Of a stretch of 32,000 bases of DNA, positions 22,903-31,224 are shown piece after piece. Below the pieces are notes generated by a model. That model ran no database searches, was not told where the DNA came from, and saw only the letters and a program-made list of their open reading frames with translations. A program made the translations under genes and the position numbers. Each line of letters begins with the position of its first letter. The stretch's first letter is position 1. This DNA comes from an archaeon GW2011_AR10 (GTDB lineage Archaea; Iainarchaeota; Iainarchaeia; Iainarchaeales; GW2011-AR10): NCBI GenBank assembly GCA_000830275.1, contig CP010424.1, positions 1,110,001-1,142,000 on the forward strand. The letters run 5' to 3'.

Positions 22903-24561
22903 CTAGATTTCGAGCTCAATGACGCAGGTTTTCTCTTCAACGCCAAACCCTTTCAGTGTTTTCTGGCTTAATTCTCCTATAATTCCTTTTCTTCCGCCGA
23001 CTGAAATCTCCCCTGTTTTTCCTTTTACGAGCGCTGGGTGCTCTGCTTCCTTAAGCGAGTAATTCCAGTTCATGTTCCTGCACACTGCCTCAAGCACCGA
23101 CTTTGCTGACGAAAAGTCTGCTCTTGGGTCACTCAAAACAATGCATAGCTTGATTTTTTCTTCCACTCCTGTCTCAAATTGAGGATTCAATTCAAGTGTT
23201 TTTCCAACCTCGAATATTTTGTGGGGAAACGAAACATGCTTGTTTTTGGAAAGGAACTCAAGCAGTTCAGGAAATATTGTTTTTCTAAATGCTTCCCAGT
23301 TGGAGGAAACAGGGTTAGCGATTTCAACAAACCGTTCCCCGACCAAACCTGTTTTTTGTTCTTGTTTTTCCTTTGAACTCATAGTGAATGTAAGCACTTC
23401 TTGAAGCCCCAAGCCAACGCACACATCCCTGATTAAATCCATCCAAATTGTTTCAGGCCTCTCTTCTCCAATTACCGGCATCCTTATTGGTTCAGGCTCA
23501 ATTCGGTTATACCCGTATGAAATAATTATGTCTTCCACTATGTCAATTGGGTGCAGAATGTCCTGCCTGTAGTCAGGGTACTCTACCTCAACCTTTTTTC
23601 CTTTCACTTTAGCGTTCATTCCGCTTCTCCCTGCCAATAAAACAATTTCATTCGGCTTAAAACTTATTCCAGAAACCTTATTTGCATATTCTAAGGCAAA
23701 AGAAATTTTCTTTGTTCCAAACTGCGGTGTTTCAATGCTTTTCGACGGATAACTTTTTGTTTTAGGGAAATTGATTTTAACTGCCTCGATTTTTCCGCCT
23801 CTGTCAGCCAACGCCATGACCATTACCTTCAAAGCAGTATTGACGGTTTCCCAGTTCCATCCAGTGACCTCCAAAAAAAGGTTCCTTGTTTTTTCCGTTA
23901 CCTTTCCCGTTTCCTCAGAGTTAATTATTGGCGGCATAGATGCAACAACGTTCCTTGAATCAATCACTATTGGGAAGCGCTCAGTTCCCTGCAAAAGGTG
24001 GCCAAACTCTTTTCCTTTGGGGTGCTCAGCTAAAATCTCCGATGGCCTCATTTTCACCCTGTATTCAAGCGGAGCAAACTCTATTTCGTTATTTCCAAGG
24101 CCCTTGTAATAAATTGGTGGCGTCATCTTGTCAAAGTCATAGAGGCCAATTCCTGTTTCCCTTCTCTTCCTCCCAAATGTTGTGCTGACTTTTTCCTGCA
24201 ACTGAATCATCTGTACAAGCAAATTCTCAGTTACCTTAACTCCCCTGATCACCGCACAGCAAATGAACGGCCTTGACTTCTCAACTGACTTGTCGATAGT
24301 GCAGGATGTCCTTGCCTTTCCAACGCGATACTTCCTTATTCCTTTTTCCCTGCCGATTCTTGCCCTGATTTCCCTTGCAATTCCCTCCGTGCTCCACAGC
24401 TCCGGCCTGTTGGTTTCCTTGACATCAATAGAGAGTTTGTCCCCATCGCTGCCATCAATTTCCCCTTTTACGTACATTAATGCTTCTTCAAGCCCTTCCA
24501 GCGAAAACGTTTTCCCCACAAGCTTTTCCAAGTCCCTCTTGCTTACTTCCAGTGTCGGCAT
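22903..24561 (-). CDS. pheT: phenylalanine--tRNA ligase beta subunit (archaeal type)
   Basis: MPTLEVSKRDLEKLVGK.. N-terminus and overall archaeal PheT pattern. ATG 24561 is preferred over the track GTG 24570. Abuts the convergent rfcL stop. Confidence 0.95.
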   Translation of the reverse strand: MPTLEVSKRDLEKLVGKTFSLEGLEEALMYVKGEIDGSDGDKLSIDVKETNRPELWSTEGIAREIRARIGREKGIRKYRVGKARTSCTIDKSVEKSRPFICCAVIRGVKVTENLLVQMIQLQEKVSTTFGRKRRETGIGLYDFDKMTPPIYYKGLGNNEIEFAPLEYRVKMRPSEILAEHPKGKEFGHLLQGTERFPIVIDSRNVVASMPPIINSEETGKVTEKTRNLFLEVTGWNWETVNTALKVMVMALADRGGKIEAVKINFPKTKSYPSKSIETPQFGTKKISFALEYANKVSGISFKPNEIVLLAGRSGMNAKVKGKKVEVEYPDYRQDILHPIDIVEDIIISYGYNRIEPEPIRMPVIGEERPETIWMDLIRDVCVGLGLQEVLTFTMSSKEKQEQKTGLVGERFVEIANPVSSNWEAFRKTIFPELLEFLSKNKHVSFPHKIFEVGKTLELNPQFETGVEEKIKLCIVLSDPRADFSSAKSVLEAVCRNMNWNYSLKEAEHPALVKGKTGEISVGGRKGIIGELSQKTLKGFGVEEKTCVIELEI

Positions 24562-24562
24562 T

Positions 24563-26032
24563 TCACTCACGCACCATCCTGCTTTCCCTCAGCCAATCCA
24601 AGTCATCGCTGAACAAATACCTTATGTCCTTTATGCCAAGCTTGAACATTGCAAGCCTGTCAATGCCCATTCCCCATGCAATTGCTGGTTCTTCAATTCC
24701 AAGTGCATGCATCATTTCTGGCCTGAAAATTCCTGCGCCGGCAAACTCAACCCAGCCGAGCTTCGGGTGCTTTGCCGAAAGCTGCACTGACGGCTCAGTG
24801 AAAGGGTAATAATCCGGGTAAAACTTCACTGCTTCTGCTCCTGCAATTTCCGTTGCAAACTGCTTGAGCATTCCAAGGAGGCTTCTGAAGTTCAGGTTCT
24901 CTCCAACAATGAATCCTTCAAGCTGGTTGAACTCAATCAAGTGGGATGCATCCATCACATCGGGCCTGTAACAGCGAGCAATCGCAAAATATTTGCCAGG
25001 CACTTCAATGCCTTGCACCAGCTGCCTTGCGGAATGAGCTGTTCCGTGAGCTGCAGGCATGACCTTTTCAGCAATGTCCTCACTCCAAGTGTACCTCCAG
25101 CCAATGCTCTCAGTGTTGCCGCCGTGCTCGTGCGCTGCCTTAACCGAGTTGACAATTCTTTTGTGCGGCAGCCTTCCCTTGCGTGGCGCCTTCAACTGAT
25201 ACGTGTCAGTCCAGCTCCTAGCAGGATGGTTCTGCGGCTGAAACAAAACATCGAAGTTGTAGAACTCCTGTGTTATGAGTGGCGCGTACATTTCCTTGAA
25301 GCCAAGCTGAATAAGTTTCCTCCTGATTATATTGAGGAACTGAATATAGGGCTGTTTTTTTCCAGGGTAAAGCCTTGGAACTGCATCCTGGATGTTGTAA
25401 GCCCTGGCTTCCCTGAATTCAGGCATTCCAAGCGCCTTTAACCCATTTTCGCTGATCCTCAATTTAACCTCCTTGGTTTCAAGCTCCTCTGCAAGGCCGC
25501 GCTTTACAAGTTCCTTTGCTTTGTTTTTTTCCTCCCCGCTTAATTGCTCTTTTGCCTCAATTTTTTTTATCAGCACTTCCGCCCAGTGCTTTCCATCCAT
25601 TAAATCCTTTTCAAGCCCTGTCAGTTCAAGGAATGTTTCACCATCTTTTCTGATTGAAATCCAGGCGTTTCTTTTGGCCAAACCCATTGAAGCGTTGAGT
25701 TCCGGCACATTAAGTTTTGAGCTGCGCCTGACATCCTCAAGAGTTGCTTTTCCTCCTGCAGCATGCAGGGCTTCAATAAACATTTTTTCCGGTAGGCCTT
25801 TCCGCAAAGAACTTTTTCCAGCAGGGGTCAGTGCAAACCCTGCAACAGTTTTTTCCTCCAGTTCAACAAGGCCTTTTTCCTTCAGCCAACCAACAGCTCT
25901 CCTAACAGAGTCAATCTTCAGGCCAGTTTTCACTTCAATATCAGGAAGCGAAACAGAGTTTTTCCCTTCAAGGGCAACCAGAACGGGTTTCTCTATTTCA
26001 CTGAGGCTCCTAACAATTCCCTTAAGTTCCAT
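24563..26032 (-). CDS. pheS: phenylalanine--tRNA ligase alpha subunit
   Basis: Class II core motifs (FQPQNHPARSWTDTY, ..GFIVGENLNF.., GAGIFRPEM..GMGIDRL). N-terminal wHTH repeats typical of archaeal PheS. Confidence 0.95.
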   Translation of the reverse strand: MELKGIVRSLSEIEKPVLVALEGKNSVSLPDIEVKTGLKIDSVRRAVGWLKEKGLVELEEKTVAGFALTPAGKSSLRKGLPEKMFIEALHAAGGKATLEDVRRSSKLNVPELNASMGLAKRNAWISIRKDGETFLELTGLEKDLMDGKHWAEVLIKKIEAKEQLSGEEKNKAKELVKRGLAEELETKEVKLRISENGLKALGMPEFREARAYNIQDAVPRLYPGKKQPYIQFLNIIRRKLIQLGFKEMYAPLITQEFYNFDVLFQPQNHPARSWTDTYQLKAPRKGRLPHKRIVNSVKAAHEHGGNTESIGWRYTWSEDIAEKVMPAAHGTAHSARQLVQGIEVPGKYFAIARCYRPDVMDASHLIEFNQLEGFIVGENLNFRSLLGMLKQFATEIAGAEAVKFYPDYYPFTEPSVQLSAKHPKLGWVEFAGAGIFRPEMMHALGIEEPAIAWGMGIDRLAMFKLGIKDIRYLFSDDLDWLRESRMVRE

Positions 26033-26142
26033 TCAAACCAGCTATAAATCATATATTGTTCATTAATTAAAATCTATCCGCAAACCCCTTGCAAAACCAT
26101 TTCCAAAACAATTAAATAACTCTTTCCCCAATATCTCATTGG

Positions 26143-26607
26143 ATGAAAATGCCTTCTCTCTGGAAAAGGCTTGCGGGAAGATTCCTAGGAAAAAAGCCAA
26201 AGCAGGGGTCAGTTGTACAGCTTGACAGTCGTCTTAGACCTTTGCATAGCCCCAAAGCCCAGCGCGTTGAAACTTTGCCTCCTGCCAAACCCGGATACCA
26301 AAAGCCGCCAGAACACATTTTGATAATGGAGCGCGAGCGCTTGTTAACAGAAGCCGCTCAAAACCCTTCAGAAAGGCCAACAGCAGAGCAGGCAATTCAC
26401 GCATTCTACGACCTAGATTTTTTCAGGATTTTTGCGCAAATGAAAAAGCTGCCGCAGCATTATGTTAAAACCCAAATGATTATTGCATTGAAGAATGCAA
26501 AAAGAAACGTAAGCGATCCAGGCAGGCTTGCAGAAATTAATGCAGCAATAGATTATTTCACCAACTTGAAAATAGAAGCTGAAAAGAAACCAGATAATAA
26601 TGCCTGA
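26143..26607 (+). CDS. hypothetical protein
   Basis: 154-aa ORF with a basic Pro-rich N-terminus and a helical C-terminal half. No recognisable motif. Lies 2 nt upstream of the PIN gene. Confidence 0.5.
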   Translation: MKMPSLWKRLAGRFLGKKPKQGSVVQLDSRLRPLHSPKAQRVETLPPAKPGYQKPPEHILIMERERLLTEAAQNPSERPTAEQAIHAFYDLDFFRIFAQMKKLPQHYVKTQMIIALKNAKRNVSDPGRLAEINAAIDYFTNLKIEAEKKPDNNA

Positions 26608-26609
26608 AT

Positions 26610-27017
26610 GTGAAATTAATGCTTTACCTTATTGATTCTGCTGCAATACTCAATGATGAATTGTTCTTCTTTGATGAAAAAAACCGCTACGCAACAACTG
26701 CTCCAATTGTTGCAGAAATAAGGGACTTCCGGAGCCGCTCACTGGTTGATAATGCGTTAAAAAACCGCCTTCTTGAGATAATGCCTCCAAAAAAGGAATT
26801 TGAGAAAAAGATTCTGCGTGAAAAGGAAAAACTTGGGCTGCGGCTAAGCACGGCAGACGTTTCCCTGCTTGCATTGGCCTTAGAGCTAAAAGAGAAAAGA
26901 GAAAAAGTCATTGTACTAACTGATGATTTCACTGTGCAGAACCTGCTGCTTAAGCTTGGAGTTGAATTCGACGGAGTAATAAGGGGAAAAATAAAGAAAT
27001 TCATTTCATTCAAATAA
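26610..27017 (+). CDS. Nob1-like PIN-domain endonuclease (no zinc ribbon)
   Basis: PIN acidic positions in Nob1-like context: YLIDSAA, PIVAEIRD, LSTADVSLLALALEL, VLTDDFTVQNLLLKLGV. GTG 26610 or ATG 26619. No Cys residues in the C-terminal region. Confidence 0.65.
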   Translation: MKLMLYLIDSAAILNDELFFFDEKNRYATTAPIVAEIRDFRSRSLVDNALKNRLLEIMPPKKEFEKKILREKEKLGLRLSTADVSLLALALELKEKREKVIVLTDDFTVQNLLLKLGVEFDGVIRGKIKKFISFK

Positions 27018-27026
27018 GTAAGTGCT

Positions 27027-27818
27027 CTAAACCTCAAGCTCTATTTCTTCCTCCGGCTTCTGGTGTTCTAATTCGGAGTGCTCCACAATGTATGTTTCAA
27101 TTCTTTCGCTTAATTCTTTTCTTTTCAGGAAAACAATTCCAATTACAATGAAGCCTACAACAATTAGTGCGAGGTTTGACGAGTTTGAAATAAACTCCTG
27201 AATAAGCTGAATGCTGTTGACTGTCTGAACAATTGGTTTTTGAACAGAATACTTCATGTCAAGATGGCTTGTGGTTAGGCCCCTAAGCACAATTGTTTTT
27301 CCAACAAGGCTAGCTCCTGCCGGCAGGCTTGGTTCGCTTACTTCGGCTGTGCTCGGCAGATTGAATTCAATTGAGGTATTCTCAGGAATAACAATCAGGT
27401 TCTCTTTCTGGAAAGCGCTTAACTGCGCTGAGGAAATACTCCAAGAAGTTGTCCTTGGCTCATCAGCCAACAATGAGGGAAACGCTTCCCGCAACCTGTA
27501 TTCAAGTGTGAGAGTGTTGCTTTCCTCATCATAGCTTACAAAAGACCGTTCAAGCTTGTTGCCTGCTATTTCCCCAAACTGCGGGAAAAAGAATGGGTAA
27601 TCTGCTTTCCAGGCGGCCAATCCAGAGGAGTTCCTCTGCTTGTTCTCTTGGAATTCGTCCACATCAAGAACGCTTTCAAACTCAATAGCATACCGTTCTA
27701 TTACGCTTGCAGAGCCGTTATCCTCTATGCTAACTTCAATGGAATGGCTTCTGACTTTAACGGCGCTTGCGCTTCCCAAAAACAAAAGCAAAAAAACTGC
27801 AAACAGGGCCTTCCTCAT
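27027..27818 (-). CDS. secreted protein with C-terminal TM anchor, function unknown
   Basis: Signal peptide MRKALFAVFLLLFLGSASA. C-terminal TM LALIVVGFIVIGIVFL followed by a charged tail. Confidence 0.7.
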   Translation of the reverse strand: MRKALFAVFLLLFLGSASAVKVRSHSIEVSIEDNGSASVIERYAIEFESVLDVDEFQENKQRNSSGLAAWKADYPFFFPQFGEIAGNKLERSFVSYDEESNTLTLEYRLREAFPSLLADEPRTTSWSISSAQLSAFQKENLIVIPENTSIEFNLPSTAEVSEPSLPAGASLVGKTIVLRGLTTSHLDMKYSVQKPIVQTVNSIQLIQEFISNSSNLALIVVGFIVIGIVFLKRKELSERIETYIVEHSELEHQKPEEEIELEV

Positions 27819-27886
27819 AATGTAATATTACTGCGCATCTCTCTTAAAAATTTAATCAAGCCAACCTAAGGTTGTAGAATGCCTTT

Positions 27887-27986
27887 AAACCTTTTAAAAA
27901 AGGTTTATCAAAAATGGGCTCCGCCTAAACCTTTTAAAAAAAGGTTTGCGAAAAAGGCTTCGCCTTTACTTCACCTATGCGGAGCC
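27887..27986. repeat. family-2 array B: 40-bp tandem units of AAACCTTTTAAAAAA(A)GGTTT plus a GCGAA..TTCGC hairpin
   Basis: Palindromes at 27887-27906 and 27927-27947. Hairpin gcgaaaaaggcttcgc at 27948-63. An outer inverted repeat ggctccgc/gcggagcc (27917-24/27979-86) encloses the second unit. Confidence 0.75.
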
Positions 27987-28041
27987 ACTAATCAAGTTAA
28001 CAAGTATTCAAACCCTTATCAGACTTGTAGATAAATAAGAG

Positions 28042-28430
28042 CTATTTTATCGGAATTACGATTTTCGAGATCTGTGTAGATAAATTGATATTCAGCTTGT
28101 TTTCGTGGAATTCCATTATCAAGACACAAAGATTGTGGCAGACTGCTTTGGATAGAATTTCGTTGACATTGGCCGTAGTGTTTTTTGTCATAAGGCTGCC
28201 GCTAAATGCTTGTTTTACCATGTTGAAAGTTGATTCGACGTTACTGCGCTTGTGATAATGTTCGCCCCATTCTTTGGGGCTGTTCTTAAAGTGCCAATAC
28301 ATCTTGTTCCAAATATGGCCGACATTTCGTCTCGATTTTGTGTTTGACTTGTAAGGTATGTAAGGTGTTCCGCTGAGTTCAGCAACCGCTTTAAGATTAT
28401 TTTTTCCAAGAAAAGAATTAATTAAAACTG
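28042..28430 (-). pseudogene. 5'-truncated DDE transposase (IS4/IS5 type), C-terminal ~130 codons only
   Basis: One continuous frame without a start codon: ..LGKNNLKAVAELSGTPYIPYKSNTKSRRNVGHIWNKMYWHFKNSPKEWGEHYHKRSNVESTFNMVKQAFSG... It contains the Y-x2-R-x3-E-x6-K signature. The frame is open back to the Mrr stop codon. Confidence 0.75.
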
Positions 28431-28536
28431 CACAAGATGCAGGTAGACGAAATATGTTGATAAAATTGAAGAAAGAGTTAGACCAATTAATCAGAGATTT
28501 AGATTCTTTGGAAAAAAAGCGAGAATCTGGTTTAGG

Positions 28537-29424
28537 TTAAACCCCAAACCCTTCAAAGAAATCGTAATCTATTTTAGGTATTGATAATGGAATACTTTTT
28601 ATTCCAAGGCCATATTTTATCATCAATGCAACTAACTGTTTGCCATCAATTGCCTTAATTTTTCCAGATTTTTTAGCAGTTTCCAATGCATCTTTTGAAA
28701 AAGTTGAAGTAGTGATAAATATGCCATACTCTCCTCGTTGGGTTTGTATTGCACCTAATAAATCTCTTATTTCTTTTGATGGAACGCTGCTGTTTAGCCA
28801 TCTTTTTGCTTGAAAATGAATTTTGTATAACCCGAGCTGGTCTATTGAACATTCTCCATCTATTCCTCCATCCCCTGAGCGACCAGTGATTTTGATACTG
28901 CCGTATCCCATATTTAATAAAAGCACCCCGATAAGATTTTCAAATAAGTTAGGCTCAAGTTTTAGAAGAATTGCTAAAATTTCTTCTGAAATAGTTTCTA
29001 CAATTTCCTTCCGTGAAATCTCGATTTTTTCAAGAGGGTTCAACTCCGTTGTTTTCATCTGATGTGATTGAGAAGTATCTGGTCCAAGCGAAGAACTGCT
29101 TGAAACTTCCATTCTAGAGTAACGAGGAGTCCATGAGGCCCATTCTGCATCAAGTCGTGCTTTTCCTTTATCTTTAATTTTCCAAATACCGCGTGTTGAG
29201 CCGTCAAGTTCTTCTTTCGCAATTAATTTTTGCCTAGCCCATTGAACCCAATTTCTCCATTTATTAATCCCTGAATCCATTGTTGCCGCCAAATCTTCAG
29301 TTGTTATCTCTTTAAAGTAAGCCGTAACTAACTCAACTGCCTTTAGCATAGACAGTTCTCCACCGCCATCAGAAATGACTTTTAACAACGGAAGCTCAAC
29401 ATTAGTTTGAATAGGCAGAGCCAT
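28537..29424 (-). CDS. mrr: Mrr-family restriction endonuclease (Mrr_N winged helix plus PD-(D/E)xK catalytic domain)
   Basis: N-terminus: LPLLKVISDGGGELSMLKAVELVTAYF..WRNWVQWARQKLIAKEEL. Catalytic region: ITGRSGDGGIDGECSIDQLGLYKIHFQAKRW..GIFITTSTFSKDA. Confidence 0.9.
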   Translation of the reverse strand: MALPIQTNVELPLLKVISDGGGELSMLKAVELVTAYFKEITTEDLAATMDSGINKWRNWVQWARQKLIAKEELDGSTRGIWKIKDKGKARLDAEWASWTPRYSRMEVSSSSSLGPDTSQSHQMKTTELNPLEKIEISRKEIVETISEEILAILLKLEPNLFENLIGVLLLNMGYGSIKITGRSGDGGIDGECSIDQLGLYKIHFQAKRWLNSSVPSKEIRDLLGAIQTQRGEYGIFITTSTFSKDALETAKKSGKIKAIDGKQLVALMIKYGLGIKSIPLSIPKIDYDFFEGFGV

Positions 29425-29580
29425 ACATTTAGAAGAATAAGAACAATCTTTAAACCTCAGTTTTAGAGGTTAAAATAAGAATAAACATTAATCTACAGAA
29501 GCCCCATTCACAGTTTAGGTCACAATTTATCTACAAGTCTACCCTTACCTGCGCCTTTAAATTCAAGGAATACTTATATC

Positions 29581-29765
29581 TATAGCAAAACGCTTATGTA
29601 TTTGAACAAATAGCGAATGACTTTACTAATGGTAAAAAACAAGTCATTCGCTAGTCGCAAAAGACATTAAGAAATTACCAAAACCAATGTCTTTTGCTAA
29701 AAAAATTGCATTTTGCAACCAGCAAACAGAATTAAATGTTCAAGAATAAAAGTTGTTTGCTATAC
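29581..29765. repeat. family-1 array B: four palindromic modules, homologous to array A
   Basis: 29701-29765 is about 88 percent identical to 10575-10640. Modules: tagcgaatgact/agtcattcgcta (29611-22/29642-53), gcaaaagacatt/aatgtcttttgc (29657-68/29686-97), agcaaaca/tgtttgct (29721-28/29754-61). A split outer pair gcaaaacgc (29585-93) / gcattttgc (29708-16). Confidence 0.85.
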
Positions 29766-29795
29766 TGAGAGCTCCCCGCCAGTTGGTGTAAGTAA

Positions 29796-30479
29796 ATGCA
29801 TATACAATTCTTGAGGCATTCTTTTTTCAAGGTGGCATTTGACAAAACAACAGTGTTGTTCGATCCGTTCATTTACACTTCTTCCACTGATGAAAACTTT
29901 AAAGTACTGACGCCCTGCCCTTTAACTGAAAAAGATCTCGGCAAAGTTGACTTAATACTTGTTTCACAGGAACACTTTGACCATTTTGACAAAAAAGCAA
30001 TTGAATCAATAGCAAAGCAGCATAATTCTGTCGTGGTATCGCATGAGTCCGTATTGAATGAGCTTTCGCTGCCGCCGAGCCAGATAAAGCCGGTTAAAAT
30101 AGGTGATTTGTTTTCATGCAGGGGAGTAAATGTTGAAGTCAAGTCAGCCCACCAGCCGAACTCCTTTTATCCTGTGAGCTTTTTGTTGGAACAGGGCGGG
30201 AAAAAAGTTTTTTTTGCAGGCGACACGCACTTAACTGACCAGTTTAGCGAAGTGCGAGCAGACGTTGCATTGCTTCCAATTGGCGGGAACCTCACAATGG
30301 ATGTAACCGATGCAGTGAAGGCAGCGAAAACAATTAAGCCAGCTTACGCTATTCCAATGCATTACAACACTTTCCCGATAATTCAGGCTGATCCGCTTGA
30401 GTTCAGCCAGAGAATTGAGAAAAGCATACTGAAAACAAAGCCAGTAATACTTAAGCCGGGAGAAACGTTCGAATTTTAA
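29796..30479 (+). CDS. metallo-beta-lactamase fold hydrolase (UPF0173-like)
   Basis: LILVSQEHFDHFD (HxHxDH-type motif variant), ..FFAGDTHL.., ..AIPMHYNTF.. Size and pattern match UPF0173 metal-dependent hydrolases. Confidence 0.85.
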   Translation: MHIQFLRHSFFKVAFDKTTVLFDPFIYTSSTDENFKVLTPCPLTEKDLGKVDLILVSQEHFDHFDKKAIESIAKQHNSVVVSHESVLNELSLPPSQIKPVKIGDLFSCRGVNVEVKSAHQPNSFYPVSFLLEQGGKKVFFAGDTHLTDQFSEVRADVALLPIGGNLTMDVTDAVKAAKTIKPAYAIPMHYNTFPIIQADPLEFSQRIEKSILKTKPVILKPGETFEF

Positions 30480-30504
30480 TTGCGGGGCACTGTCAGGCAT
30501 TTGA

Positions 30505-31224
30505 CTATAATTTCATTTCGTTTGCTTTTCTGAGGTCGTCTTCGTCTCCCACGTCAATGCACAGTCCTTCGTGGAGCAAAAAGCCCACATTTGCACCAGA
30601 TTTCATCGCAATTTTTATTGAATCAACGATCTCAAACTCGTTTCTTTCGCTTAGCTTTGTTTTCTTGATTGACTCAAATATTTTGTCTGTGAACCTGTAA
30701 ATGCCTGCATTGATTAGGTTGCTTGGCTCTTTTCCAGGAGCCGGCTTTTCCACGATGTCCACAACCTTGTTTCCCTGCACTTTGAGCACGCCGTAACGCC
30801 AAGGGTCCTGCACCCTCCTTGCAACAATCATCACATCGAATGGGTCAAATTCATCCATTAATGCAAGTTTTTTCAGGAGCTCTGCATCAACCAGCACGTC
30901 ACCGTTGAGCATAAGGAAGCGCTCTTCAGTGTATCCTTCCACTAGGCTCACTGCGTGCGCTGTTCCAAGCTGCCGTCCCTGCACAAAGTAGTTAAGCTTC
31001 ATTCCATTGAAGTCGCTGCCAAAATGCTCTTCAACAACCTCTTTTCTGTACCCCACAACCAAGTGCGTTTCCTTAACGCCTGCTTTAAGCAAATTTTCGA
31101 GTATTCTCTCCAGCAAAGGCCTGCCGGCAACTTTCACCATTACTTTCGGGATTCCTTCAGTTACCGGCCTAAGCCGAACTCCTTTTCCTGCAGCAAGCAC
31201 AACAGCTTTCAGCTGCCCCGTCAT
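30505..31224 (-). CDS. sugar-phosphate nucleotidyltransferase
   Basis: N-terminal signature KAVVLAAGKGVRLRPVTEGIPKVMVKVAGRPLLE (GxGxRLxP). 239 aa, single domain. Confidence 0.9.
   Translation of the reverse strand: MTGQLKAVVLAAGKGVRLRPVTEGIPKVMVKVAGRPLLERILENLLKAGVKETHLVVGYRKEVVEEHFGSDFNGMKLNYFVQGRQLGTAHAVSLVEGYTEERFLMLNGDVLVDAELLKKLALMDEFDPFDVMIVARRVQDPWRYGVLKVQGNKVVDIVEKPAPGKEPSNLINAGIYRFTDKIFESIKKTKLSERNEFEIVDSIKIAMKSGANVGFLLHEGLCIDVGDEDDLRKANEMKL

Larger units (their letters stand above)
28021..29540 (-). mobile_element. decayed IS4/IS5-type element (1520 bp) carrying an Mrr gene in place of the transposase N-terminal part
   Basis: Perfect 16-bp terminal inverted repeats: agacttgtagataaat (28021-36) and atttatctacaagtct (29525-40). 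Flanking 9-bp duplication acccttatc (28012-20) / acccttacc (29541-49), 8 of 9 identical. Subterminal tgtagataaat-like repeats at 28074-84 and 29491-97. Confidence 0.75.

Noticed and set aside
28215-28409. 64-aa minus-strand ORF read as a frameshifted upstream part of the transposase
   Set aside because: The transposase-like frame (that of 28042..28302) is continuously open up to 28536 and carries the homologous sequence. The 64-aa ORF is in another frame with no transposase similarity. The gene is truncated, not frameshifted.
28458-28544. 28-codon + strand ORF (MLIKLKKELDQLIRDLDSLEKKRESGLG) between the transposase remnant and mrr
   Set aside because: Too short, with no promoter or RBS context. 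Most likely a scrap of an unrelated coiled-coil gene left by the rearrangement.
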